Assembly (NCBI RefSeq): GCF_006345805.1
Contig: NC_043014.1
Span: 7,192,001-7,256,000, forward strand
From: Octopus sinensis
Lineage: Eukaryota
Reading direction: 5' to 3'
DNA: 64,000 bases
The notes beneath the pieces were generated by a model that saw only the letters and a list, made by a program, of their open reading frames with translations, made no database searches and had not been told where the DNA came from. Within the stretch, counting starts at the first letter, position 1, and each line of letters opens with the position of its first letter. Below, in pieces: positions 33,681-47,673 of the stretch. Position numbers and translations under genes: made by a program.

Positions 33681-35460
33681 GTCAAAATTGTTGTGATCAG
33701 TTCTTCGTCTAAGATTCATCTCAGCTTCTCACATTATGAAGGGCTTTGATGATCTCTCTTTTTAATCTTATACTTGTTTCAGTCTTTAGATTTTGGCCAC
33801 GCTTGGGCCCTGCCTTGACCTTTTAGTCAACCTCCTCCTCCTCCCCTTATAAAATCAGTACCCCCATGATATTTCAGGGAGGTGTGGCTGCTATTCCTAG
33901 CAAATCAGCTAAACCATGGTCAGACTTTCTGGTCAAGATGGTAAGCCATCTGATAGAATTTAACTCAGGTAACTTATAAAATCAGAAATATTCTTTTCTG
34001 CTCAAGGCCCAAAAGTTTCGGGGAGGGGCCCAGTCAATTAGATCAACCCCAATACGCAACTGGTACTTAATTTATCGGCCCCGAATGGATGAAAAGTAAA
34101 GTTGACCTCCGTGGAATTTGAACTTGGAATGTCCAGAGAAAATGAAGGTTAAATGGTTATATTTATGTATATATACATATACATATATACTGATCTTAAC
34201 TGACGGTTTAGTCCCAGTTTGTCCTTGATATACGGAACCATGACCATCAAGCCTCGTACAATATGTGATTCCATTTTTTAATGATGGTAGTGTTAGGGAC
34301 ACGTGGCTGCTAGACAAATTTCATTCAACAACAAAAACATCATTTAAATGATTATTCTGGAGCGTATTCACCATCTACCTCAATTACTGCTTCCCATTTG
34401 CTTGTCAGACTGTCATGTAAAGATGTTTTTGTTAAAAAACGGCCACAATAATTATGCACCAACCCAGTGTGGTAAGTAGCTTGCTTACCAACCATGTGGT
34501 TCCGGGTTCAGTCCCACTGCATGGCACCTTGGGCAAGTGTCTTCCACTATAGCCTCGGGCTGACCAAAGCCCTGTGAGTGGATTTCGTAGACGGAAACTG
34601 AAAGAAGCCTGTCGTATATATGTATGTATATATATATATATATTTCTTTATTGCCTACAAGGGGCTAAACAACGACAGACAAAGGGATTAAGTCGATTAC
34701 TTCGACCCCAGTGAGAAACTGGTACTTTATTTATCGACCCTGAAAGGATGAAAGGCAAAGTCAACCTCGGCGGAATTTGAACTCAGAACGTAGCGACAGA
34801 TGAAATACCGCTAAGCATTTCGCCCGGCGTGCTAACGATTCTGCCAGTTCGCTGCCTTATGTATATACATATATATGTGTGTGTGTGTTTGTCCCCCTAG
34901 CATTGCTTGACAACCGGTGCTGGTGTGTTTATGTCCCCGTTACTTAGCGGTTCGGCAAAAGAGACCGATAGAATAAGTACTGGGCTTACAAAAGAAATAA
35001 GTCCCGGGGTCGAATTGCTCGATTAAAGGCAGTGCTCCAGCATGGCCGCAGTCAAATGACTGAAACAAGTAAAAGAGTATATGTATGTGCACTAGGGTGG
35101 AGCAAAGGATGCAACTTTCGAAATTGGTATCCAAGAATCGATATTTTGTTGCAAATCAGAGCTAAAAGAAATGTGCATGGTTAAATATTTTTTCAGGCTC
35201 TGCAACACAACTGAGAATTTTTTTAAATCCCTATTTTTGATCAAACTTTGGATTTTAAGAGGTTACTCTTTTACTTGTTTCAGTCGTTTGACTACGGCCA
35301 TGCTGGAACACCGCCTTTAATCGAGCACCTCGACCCCGGGACTTATTCTTTTGTAAGCCCAGTACTTATTCTATCGGTCTCTTTTTGCCGAACCTCTAAG
35401 TAACGGGGACATAAACACACCAGCATCGGTTGTCAAGCAATGCTAGGGGGACAAACACAG

Positions 35461-35493
<33 letters not shown>

Positions 35494-37908
35494 CGACGGG
35501 CTTCTTTCAGTTTCCGTCTACCAAATCCACTCACAAGGCTTTGATCGGCCCGAGGCTGTAGCAGAAGACACTTGCCCAAGGTGCCACGCAGTGGGACTGA
35601 ACCCGGAACCATGTGGTTGGTAAACAAGCTACTTACCACATAGCCACTCCTGCACCTATGTGTATGGTTAAATATTTTTTCAGGCTCTGCAACACAACAG
35701 AATTTTTTTAAATCCCTATTTTTGGTCAAATTTTGGATTTTAAGAGGTTGCATACAAATTGTCAAATATCTTGAGATTAATGATCATATTAAGCTTAGGG
35801 ATGGCTCACAAGCCAATAACCGGTCATGATATTGAATGCCAATATTTGGTACTCCATGTGATCTTGGTGAGTTTTTTTTCCAACGTACAAGAACATATTA
35901 AGATGTGTTTCATTTGAGTGAGAAAAAGAAAACGTAGTTAAGCTCCTTCAGTTAAACATCATCATCGTTTAACGTCCATTCTCCATGCTAGCATGGGTTG
36001 GACGGTTTGACCGGGGATCTGGGAAGCCAGAAGGTTGCACCAGGCTCCAGTCTGATCTGGCAGTGTTTCTACAGCTGGATGCCCTTCCTAACGCCAACCA
36101 CTCCGTGAGTGTAGTGGGTGCTTTTTACGTGCCACCGGCACAGAAGTCAGTAATGGCGGCGCTGGCATCAGCCACGTTCGGATGGTGCTTTTTACGTGCC
36201 ACCGGCACAGAAGCTAGTCAAGGCGGCGCTGGCATCAGCCACGTTCGGATGGTGCTTTTTACGTGCCACCTGGAACAGAAGCCAGTCGAGGCAGCACTGG
36301 CATCGGCCACGTTTGGATGGTGCTTTTTACGTGCCACCAGCACAGAGGAACAAATTGTCAAAATCGTAGCAGAAAAGATAATTCCTCTCTGGCAAAAGGC
36401 ATCCATCTCTTGTGTTGCAACTGAGTCAGTTAAACCGAAAATCTTAAAACTTTTAACCAAAGTACTAAGCATTACTAAATCTGTGGAAAAAATGTGCCAG
36501 TGTTAAAGACAAAAAAAAGGGGATTTCAAATTGAAAGGTAAAACAGCGATAATGAATTACAATTGTTTTGAACATAACAAACAATTAGCATTATGTCAGT
36601 TTAGGAATTTCTAAAACAACAAATCTTTGACTGTTTCGTTATTTATTTGAGAGTATGCTAATTACTCGTCTATGAAAAAAATTAATTGGCTTTGCCGGCC
36701 TCGCCTGGCCCCCGTTGCTGGTGGCACGTAAAGAGCACCATCCAATTGTGGCCGTTTGCCAGCCTTGTCTGGCAGCTGTGCCAGTGGCACGTAAAAAGAA
36801 CCATCCGACCGTGGCCGTTTGCCAGCCTCCCCTGGCACGTAAAAAGCACCCACTACACTCACGGAGTGGTTGGACATTAGGAAGGGCATCCAGCTGTAGA
36901 AACATTGCCAGATCAGACTGGAGCCTGGTGCAGCCTTCTGGCTCCCCAGACCCCAGTTGAACCGTCCAACCCATGCTAGCATGGAAAGTGGGCCCTAAAC
37001 GATGAACGATTACTGGAACGAAAAGGAATGCGCTGCAACGATTCGTATTATTTAGTCGCATGGAATTTACTAGGGGCCAATTTGTTCAACTGGACTCCTT
37101 TGTGCCAGTGATCCAGCATGGCCACAGTCTAATCACTGAAATGAGTAAAGATAATAAACAACACAGTTTGTTTTTGTTTAGTCTTTATTGTTGTTCAAGA
37201 CGCATTTGAGGGGAGGGGGTAAAACAACAGCTGTAGATATGAGGGTCATTGGGATCAGGGCTTTTTTTTTTGTATGTGAGGATTTCACATTGGTTACCTT
37301 ATTGGAAAATCAACAAAAGTGCCAGAGAAGTTATGGAAAGGGTGGAGACCTTCAGTCAACTGCCCTTCATAACAACAAGAAAACAGCTGGTATTTACTTA
37401 CTAAAAATGTTTAGTCTCAGTTAGTCTTGACTAAGAACTATGATCAAAGACATTCCAATCATGACCACCAAGCATAATTTTTATCTGAGGTGTATTTCCT
37501 CTTTTTAAAGATGGTATAAGCGGGGTAGAGTGGAGGCGCAATGGCCCAGTGGTTAGGGCAGCGGACTCGCGGTTTCGATTCCCAGACCGGGCGTTGTGAG
37601 TTTATTGAGCGTAAACACCTAAAGCTCCACGAGGCTCCAGCAGGGGATGGTGGTGATCCCTGCTGTACTCTTTCACCACAACTTTCTCTCACTCTTACTT
37701 CCTGTTTCTGTTGTACCTGCATTTCAAAGGGCCGGCCTTGTCACTCTCTGTGTCACGCTGAATATCCCCGAGAACTACGTTAAGGGTACACGTGTCTGTG
37801 GAGTGCTCAGCCACTTACACATTAATTTCACGAGCAGGCTGTTCCGTTGATTCGGATCAACCGGAACCTTCATCGGCGTAACCGACGGAGTGCTTCCTTC
37901 TTCCTAAG

Positions 37909-38095
37909 CGGGGTACTGAAAAGTTTCTACCTTTAGGTAAAAATACAAGATCATATATGGTTTTTCAACATATTCCCCTCTCGGGTTCACACATTTCATG
38001 CAGTGTTTCTAAGCCCTGTAAATGAACTCAGAAGGTTGAGCCTCCAGCTAGGCCTTTCGTAATACCCTCAAAGCTAGGGACTTTTTCAGTAACCC
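37909..38095. mobile_element. Small TIR element (mariner-like MITE); related pieces at ~30000-30040 and 30740-31050
   Basis: 'gggtactgaaaagt' versus 'actttttcagtaaccc'. Confidence 0.5.
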
Positions 38096-39849
38096 CATGT
38101 TATTTCAGGGAGGTGTGGCTGCTATTCCTAGCAAATCAGCTAAACCATGGTAAGCCATCTGATAGAACTTAACTCGGGTAACTTATAAAATCAGAAATAT
38201 TCTTTTCTGCTCAAGACCCAAAAGTTTTGGGGAGGGGCCCAGTCAATTAGGTCGACCCCAGTACGCAACTGGTACTTAATTTATCGGCCCCGAATGGATG
38301 AAAGGTAAAGTTGACCTCAGTGAAATTTGAACTTGGAATGTCCAGAGAAAATGAAGGTTAAATGGTTATATTTATCTATATATACATATACATACATACT
38401 GATCTTAACTGACTAAAACCTAGATGTGGTTTAGTCCCAGTTTGTCCTTGATATACGGAACCATGACCATCAAGCCTGATAGAACTTAACTCAGGTAACT
38501 TAGAAAGACTTTCTAAACTTAAAACAAACACAAAGTGAAGATACGGGGCATGGCATGACATACTGTCCCTTTTTCCCTGTCCTGTCTGCTCCTTTCAGAT
38601 GTTGCACACACAAGAACATGCAGTCGGGAATAAAATGGGACGGTCTTAACATTGTGCAATTTCTGCACACCCACATATAATGCATCTCTCTTTCTCTTTA
38701 CTCTTTTACTTGTTTCAGTCATTTGACTGCGGCCATGCTGGAGCACCGCCTTTAGTCGAGCAAATCGACCCCCGGGACTTATTCTTTGGAAGCCCAGTAC
38801 TTATTCTATCGGTCTCTTTTGCCGAACCGCTAAGTGACCGGGGACGTAAACACACCAGCATCAGTTGTCAAGCAATGCTAGGGAGACAAACACACACATA
38901 TATATATATATGACAGGCTTCTTTCAGTTTCCGTCTACCAAATCCACTCACAAGGCATTGGTCGGCCCGGGGCTATAGCAGAAGACACTTGCCCAAGATG
39001 TCACGCAGTGGGACTGAACCCGGAACCATGTGGTTGGTTAGCAAGCTACTTACCACACAGCCACTCCTGTGCCTATCTGTCTTGACATTGCACTATTTCT
39101 GCACTATTGCAAGTAACTGCACACATGCAGAGAGGATTCTGATAGGGTAAATTGGGACAGTCTTGACAGCATTATCTTCAGGTAATTACATTATGTAGTA
39201 ATGAACCAAATTAGGTGATATGCATTTGTCATCATATTTTCTTTGTTTCTGTACAATCGCAGGTAACTGCACATTCTGCAGCCACATGAAATCAAATAGT
39301 GTAAAATGGGACAGTCTGGACAATGTAGAATTTCTGTATCAAGAATTACTGCACAATTTCAGCACACCTGCAGATAACTTCACTCTGCAGCAGCAAATAC
39401 CAACTGGGGTATAACTGCACAATTTGTCCATCTGCAGGTATTGCATACTCATGCAGTGAAAAATGGGACGCTATACAAGCTAGATATTGCACATTTTCTG
39501 TACTTGCAGGTTCTGTCCACTGATCTGCACTTAAGACTTCAAATGATGCAGAATGGTTACCTTTCTAGTATATCTTTATTCCCGCAAAAAAAAAGCACCC
39601 ACTACACTCATGGAGTGGTTGCCGTTAGGAAGGGCATCCAGCTGTAGAAACACTGCCAGATCAGACTAGAGCCTGGTGCAGCCTCCATGGCTTACCAGAG
39701 CCCGGTCGAACTGTCGAACCCATGCTAGCATGGAAAACGGACGTTAAATGATGATTTCCAAATCAGTAGGGTATAGTTTGAGGAAAATTTGGCTGCTACT
39801 TGCAGCTGATAAAACAACCAGGTAGAGACGCATAGAATCTGCGACGATT

Positions 39850-39990
39850 TCATCTCAATCGAAGGAGAGGGGCTTTCTCCGTCCGGGTTGCGGATCCATG
39901 AAATAGGCTGCCGGACGAGATAGTGAAGATGCCGACGACCGCTCGGTTCAAAGTCTCCCTTGACCACAAGTGGCCTGAACTCTTTACATG
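39850..39990 (+). mobile_element. CR1-type LINE ORF2 C-terminal fragment
   Basis: HLNRRRGAFSVRVADP*NRLPDEIVKMPTTARFKVSLDHKW matches the CR1 R..FFS.RV...WN.LP..V...S...FK..L motif. Confidence 0.7.
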
Positions 39991-40544
39991 AACACCACCC
40001 TGTACATAACTCCATGTCCCCCTACATGGCCATGCTTTTTGCTTTTTGACCCAGAAAATAAACGCGCAGGAGTGGCTGTGTGGTAAGTAGCTTGCTAACC
40101 AACCACAGGGTTCTGGGTTCAGTCCCACTGCGTGGCATCTTGGGCAAGTGTCTTCTGCTATAGCCCCGGGCCGACCAAAACCATGTGAGTGGATTTGGTA
40201 GATGGAAACTGAAAGAAGCCTGTCATGTATATGTATGTGTGTGTGTTTGTCCCCCTATGGCAAGTGACTTCTACAACCCCAGGTCAGCCAAGGCCTTGTG
40301 AGTGGATTTCATAGATGGAAACTATACAAAGACATCAATCATGTGTACTCTTGCCTTCTGTCATATTTTGACCCTTTGATTCTTCGTACAAACTCCCTGA
40401 CCATCCAGTTTATTTTTCAGTTTTGCTAACACCATGGTAACCTCCTGAGTGCCAGTGCTACAAGATAAAGTACTCGGTGCATGCTGTTTTGTGGTCGGCA
40501 TTAGAAAGGTCATCCAGTCATAGAAACTATACCGAAGCTGACTT

Positions 40545-42555
40545 GGCAGACACCCATAAAATTATCAACCATCTTACAAACAATAACTCTGAGCACCTTT
40601 TCAAACTCCACCCGTCTAACACCCGTAGACATATTTACAAAGTCAGAAAACAGCACAGCTCCCATGACTTTAGGAAACATTTTTTCACGCTAAGAGTTGC
40701 TGAAGCATGGAACAAACTGCCGGCATCAGTTGTTAGTTGTCGGAGCACTGCATCCTTCAAAACTTCCATGCTTCCTGGGATTCGCCAACACTACACCTGA
40801 TTTTCTCCCCTCTATACACACGCTGATGCATGGAACAAACTGCCGGCATCGGTTGTTAGTTGTCAGAGCACTGCATCCTTCAAAACTTCCATGCTTTCTG
40901 AGATTCGCCAACACTACACCTGATTTTCTCCCCTCTATACACACGCTGAAGCATGGAACAAACTGCCGGCATCGGTTGTTAGTTGTCGGAGCACTGCATC
41001 CTTCAAAACTTCCATGCTTCCTGGGATTCGCCAACACTACACCTGATTTTCTCCCCTCTATACACACGCTGAAGCATGGAACAAACTGCCGGCATCGGTT
41101 GTTAGTTGTCGGAGCACTGCATCCTTCAAAACTTCCATGCTTCCTGGGATTCGCCAACACTACACCTGATTTTCTCCCCTCTATACACACGCTGAGGCAT
41201 GGAACAAACTGCCGGCATCGGTTGTTAGTTGTCGGAGCACTGCATCCTTCAAAACTTCCATGCTTCCTGGATTCGCCCACACTACACCTGATTTTCTCCC
41301 CTCTATACACACGCTGAGCATGGAACAAACTGCCGGCATCTGTTGTTAGTTGTCGGAGCACTGCATCCTTCAAAACTTCCATTCTTCCTGGGATTCGCCA
41401 ACACTACACCTGATTTTCTCCCCTCTATACACACGCTGAAGCCTGGAACAAACTGCCGGCATCGGTTGTTAGTTGTGGGAGCACTGCATCCTTCAAAACT
41501 TCCATGCTTCCTGGGATTCGCCAACACTACACCTGATTTTCTCCCCTCTATACACATGCTGAAAAATGGAACAAACTGCCGGCATCGGTTGTTAGTTGTG
41601 GGAGCACTGCATCCTTCAAAACTTCCATGCTTCCTGGGATTCGCCAACACTACACCTGATTTTCTCCCCTCTATACACATGCTGAAAAATGGAACAAACT
41701 GCCGGCATCGGTTGTTAGTTGTCGGAGCACTGCATCCTTCAAAACTTCCATGCTTCCTGGGATTCGCCAACACTACACCTGATTTTCTCCCCTCTATACA
41801 CACGCTGAAGCATGGAACAAACTGCCGGCATCGGTTGTTAGTTGTGGGAGCACTGCATCCTTCAAAACTTCCATGCTTCCTGGGATTTGCCAACACTACA
41901 CCTGATTTTCTCCCCTCTATACACACGCTGAAGCATGGAACAAACTGCCGGCATCGGTTGTTAGTTGTCGGAGCACTGCATCCTTCAAAACTTCCATTCT
42001 TCCTGGGATTCACCAACACTACACCTGATTTTCTCCCCTCTATACACACGCTGAAGCATGGAACAAACTGCCGGCATCGGTTGTTAGTTATCGGAGCACT
42101 GCATCCTTCAAAACTTCCATGCTTCCTGGGATTCGCCAACACTACACCTGATTTTCTCCCCTCTATACACACGCTGAAGCATGGAACAAACTGCCGGCAT
42201 CGGTTGTTAGTTGTCGGAGCACTGCATCCTTCAAAACTTCCATGCTTCCTGGGATTCGCCAACACTACACCTGATTTTCTCCCCTCTATACACACGCTGA
42301 AGCATGGACAAACTGCCGGCATCAGTTGTTAGTTGTCGGAGCACTGCATCCTTCAAAACTTCCATGCTTCCTGGGATTCGCCAACACTACACCTGATTTT
42401 CTCCCCTCTATACACACACAAGCATGTATCTGACTCATACATTGTTCGCTTTCCAGACATTTTTACATTACTGCATATACTCTATACGCACTTTCTGACA
42501 AGTTGTGGTGCACCTGAGCACTGTATACAATAATTTCATTACTATTACTGTAGCA
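40545..42555 (+). mobile_element. CR1-type LINE 3' end carrying an internal tandem array
   Basis: ORF remnant ...FRKHFFTLRVAEAWNKLPASVVSCRSTASFKTSML...HYT*; the 3'UTR resumes after the array and ends 'aataatttcattactattac'. Confidence 0.85.
40701..42420 (+). repeat. 123-bp tandem array, 14 copies
   Basis: Unit 'tgaagcatggaacaaactgccggcatcggttgttag...ccctctatacacacgc' starts at 40701, 40824, 40947, 41070, 41193 ... 42175, 42298. Confidence 0.97.
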
Positions 42556-44384
42556 TGATGCAGTCCTTGGGTCCTTTAGATTTTGTCGAAAACATATTTG
42601 GAATGGTCATGGTGATGATGATGATGATTAACTTCAGATACCAGTTCTGACCCAACGCATTCCAGAGCAATGACCAGTATGTCCCCTTCTTATTCTCTTT
42701 CTTTTTTTTTTCCCTTATATTTGAAACATAGTGTACCTAGCATTGCAATCCTGCTGTTTATAAGATAGCAGAGGGTAGATTTGGCTACCGTTTCTAGCAT
42801 GGACGCAGCCCATATGGAAATTTCCTTTCCCTAATTGGACCACTTGCTATGATGATGATGTTGGTGGATCTGTCATCACCCTTACAGCAAAGATAAAGAT
42901 AATAATAATAATAATAATCCTTTCTACTGGAAGCACAAGTCCTGAAATTTTGTGGGAGGTGAATAAGTTGATTACATTGACCCCAGTACACAACTGGTAC
43001 TTACTAACCCCAGCTGAATTTGAACCCAAAATGCCAGTGAGCATTTTACCTGGTGTGCTAAAGATCCTGCCACCTTAATAATAATAATAAGAAGAAGAAG
43101 AAGAATATTATTAATAATAATAATAATAATCTTTTCTACTATACACACAAGGCCTGAAATTGAGGGGTTGGGGATTAGTCGATTACATCAACCCCAGCGC
43201 ATAACTGGTACTTATTTTATCGACCCTGAATGGCAAAGTTGACCCCAGCAGAATTTGAACTCAGAACATAAAGATGGACAAAATGCTACAAATGATTCTG
43301 CAAGCTCACCACCTTCCTAATAATAATAATAATCCTTTTTAATATAGGCACAAGGCTTGAAATTTTGGGGGAGGGGAGCAGTTGATTATATTAATCCCCA
43401 GTGTTTCACAGGTACTTAATTTACCAACTCTGAGAGGATAAAGGGCAAAGCTGACTTCAGTGGAATTTGAACTCAGAACGTAAAGACAGGCGAAATACAG
43501 CCAAGTATTTCATCCAGCATGCTAACAACTCCGCCAGATCACCGCCTTCTGAATAATGCCAGAAAATAAATTTGATACGAATCCATTTAAGCGTGTGTAC
43601 GGCCCAGTGGTTAGGTAAGTTGTACTCAGGATTGTGAGATCGTGGTTTCAATTCCTAGACTGGTTGTGCATGGTGACCTTAAGCAAGGTACTTCATTTCA
43701 TGTTGCTGAAGTTCACTCAGCTGCAAACGGTCCACCCTGCAACGGACTAGCTTTCTAAACAGAGAGAATGTTGGCCCAGTGCACCAAGCCGGCAGAGAGG
43801 CATCGTTCAAAAGCTGAGACAATGCAAAGTGCATTGTGACCAGTGATGTCTAACAACAGCTGATTGTCTGGTCAATCACTTTTACAGATTTATACATTCA
43901 CACATGCAAACACATACTCTTTTTTTTTCTCTTTTTTACTTGTTTTCAGTCATTTGACTGCGGCCATGCTGGAGCACCGGCTTTAGTCGAGCAAATCGAC
44001 CCCGGGACTTATTCTTTGTAAGCCCAGTACTTATTCTATCGGTCTCTTTTGCCGAACCGCTAGGTGATGGGGACATAAACACACCAGCATCAGTTGTCAA
44101 GCAATGCTAGGGGGACAAACACAGACACACAAAAACAAATATATATATATACGACGGGCTTCTTTCAGTTTCCGTCTACCAAATCCACTCACAAGGCATT
44201 GGTCGGCCTGAGGCTATAGTAGAAGACACTTGCCCAAGATGCCACGCAGTGGGACTGAACCCGGAACCATGTGGTTGGTAAGCAAGCTACTTACCACACA
44301 GCCACATATTTCTCAGAAATGAAAAAATATCTACACACACACACACATATAATAAAATTCTGGCATATGCACCGTGTCTTAGCA

Positions 44385-45060
<676 letters not shown>

Positions 45061-45606
45061 CGTGTGTGTGCAGGAATGATTGACAAACAGTTTCAGGTGG
45101 TTAAACGCTTAACGAATGGACAGTGGCATTAATCCATTAATCCCAGCACCGATTAAATGTTTAATCCTTCAGCACTCGGATTATTCTGTCAAATGTGACG
45201 CCTGATTCATCGAGATTGATTGGAATTAGTCAGGCGTTACACCTTGCAGCTTTGAGACTTCCGTGACATAAGACTCTTTATTTGCAGAATAACATTGTCG
45301 GAAATGTGCGAGAGGTCAGATCCGGCCAGTCTGAAGATAAAACAGGGCTGAATATTTCGGCCGGTTTAAATATGAAATGTTTAATTAACAACCTATCTCG
45401 TTAATCACAGCAGTGATTAAGTCGGTCTAATGGTGTGGCTCACCAAGACACTGGTCTATTGTTGCTCCATCAAGAGCAATGGTTAAATGGTAAGAAATAT
45501 CACAGAAGTTGTAAAGAACCAGACACAGGTGGACAGTGGAGGGCACAATGGGTGTCGGCTGAAACTCAATGACAGGCAGTTGGGTTTAGTCCCAGCTTGC
45601 AATGTG

Positions 45607-45746
45607 TCAGTATTTTACGTCGTAAATGTTGAAGCGATCGTAATCGTCGATTCTATCAATGTCCAGGCTGCTTTCCGAATCGGAATTCTCGTAATCTGGT
45701 AGAATGGTCTGCGAAATTTCAGGAATGTTTGATACTTGTACTTTCA
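45607..45746 (-). CDS. Terminal coding exon (V-KVQVSNIPEISQTILPDYENSDSESSLDIDRIDDYDRFNIYDVKY*)
   Basis: Acceptor ttttttgtag|, phase 1; TGA at 45609-45607; candidate AATAAA on the - strand near 45280. Confidence 0.85.
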
Positions 45747-47546
45747 CTACAAAAAAAAAAAGACAAAAAAAATACATAAATAAAAAACAACAACAACAAC
45801 AATAATCCTTTCTACTTTCCCCAGAGCGTAACTGGTACTTATTTAATCGACTCTGAAAGGATGAAAGACAAAGTCGACCTCAGCAGAATTTGAACTCAGA
45901 ACATAGAGGCAGACAAAATACCTATTTCTTTACTACCCACAAGGGGCTAAACATAGAGAGGACAAACAAGGACAGACACACGGATTAAATTGATTATATC
46001 AACCCCAGTGCGTAACTGGTACTTATTTAATTGACCCCCCGAAAGGATGAAAGGCAAAGTCGACCTTGGCAGAATTTGAACTCAGAACGTAGAGGCAGAC
46101 GAAATACCTATTTCTTTACTACCCACAAGGGGCTAAACACAGAGAGGACAAACAAGGACAGACACACGGATTAAGTTGATTATATCAACCCCATTGCGTA
46201 ACTGGTACTTAATTTATCGACCCCAAAAGGATGAAAGGCAAAGTCGACCTCGGCGGAATTTGAACTCAGAACATAGAGGCAGACGAAATACCTGTTTCTT
46301 TACTACCCACAAGGGGCTAAACACAGAGAGGACAAACAAGGACAGACACACGGATTAAGTTGATTATATCAACCCCAGTGCGTAACTGGTACTTATTTAA
46401 TTGACTCCCGAAAGGATGAAAGGCAAAGTCGACCTCGGCGGAATTTGAACTCAGAATGTAGAGGCAGACGAAATACCTATTTCTTTACTACCCACAAGGG
46501 GCTAAACACAGAAGAGACAAACAAGGACAAACAGATTAAGTCCATTACATTGACCCCAGTGTGTAACTGGTACTTATTTAATTGACCCCCGAAAGGATGA
46601 AAGGCAAAGTCAACCTCGGCAGAATTTGAACTCAGAATGTAACGGCAGAGACGAAATACCTATTTCTTTACAACCCACAAGGGGCTAAACACAGAAGGGA
46701 CAACCAAGGACAGACAAATAGATTAAGTCCATTACATTGACTCCAGTGTGTAACTGGTACTTAATTTATCGACCCCGAAAGGATGAAAGGCAAAGTCGAC
46801 CTCAGAACGTAGTGGCAGATGAAATACCGCTAAGCATTTCGCCCGGCGTGCTAACGATTCTGCCAGCTCGCCGCCTTCTGTACAAACACATACCATCATC
46901 ATCAACATTGTTGATGGCTGTTATTAAAGGTAAAGTCGACCTCGACGGAATTTGAACTCAGAACCTAACAGCAGACGAAATACCACTCAGCCAAATTATG
47001 GTCAGTTTAAACACCAAAGGGTTAAATCAGTCGAAGCAAAGAGATGTATTTTGGTAGAAAGATGGTAACGAAGCTGTCCTACATCATCATCATCGTTTAA
47101 CGTCCGCTTTCCATGCTAGCATGGGTTGGACGGTTCAACTGGGGTCAGTGAAGCTGGAAGGCTTCATCAGGCCCAGTCAGATCTGGCAGTGTTTCTACAG
47201 CTGGATGCCCTTCCTAACGCCAACCACTCCGTGTGTGTAGTGGGTGCTTTTTATGTTCCACCCGCACAGGTGCCAGACAGAGCTGGCAAACGGCCACGAA
47301 CGGATGGTGCTTTTACGTGCCACCAACACGGGGGCCAGACAGAGCTGGCAAACGGCCACGAAACGGATGGTGCTTTTACGTGCCACCAACACGGGGGCCA
47401 GACAGAGCTGGCAAACGGCCACGAACGGATGGTGCTTTTACATGCCACCAACACGGGGGCCAGACAGAGCTGGCAAACGGCCACGAAACGGATGGTGCTT
47501 TTACGTGTCACCGGCAATAATGAGAGAAGGGAGAGAAAATATCTAC

Positions 47547-47673
47547 CTTTCAGTGTGAAAGGGTTATCGTCATCAGGAACGACTTCTTCCTCTTCGAAAG
47601 CCTTGTTGTCATCATCATCGTCATCATCAAAGTCCATTTCAAACCTTCCAAAGTCTTTGTGAATATTTGGAAA
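47547..47673 (-). CDS. Coding exon (FPNIHKDFGRFEMDFDDDDDDDNKAFEEEEVVPDDDNPFTLK)
   Basis: Acceptor ttttccag|, phase 0; donor AAG|gtagat, phase 1. It matches the p23-like ..DF..W/FE.D acidic tail. Confidence 0.88.

Noticed and set aside
39070-39560. Degenerate ~155-bp periodicity (aaatgggacagtc, ggtaactgcac)
   Set aside because: Too decayed to define; no coding or structural signal found.
40697-42332. Long repetitive ORFs of 206-339 aa on both strands
   Set aside because: Artefacts of a 123-bp (41-codon) unit; the true LINE frame has a stop in every unit.
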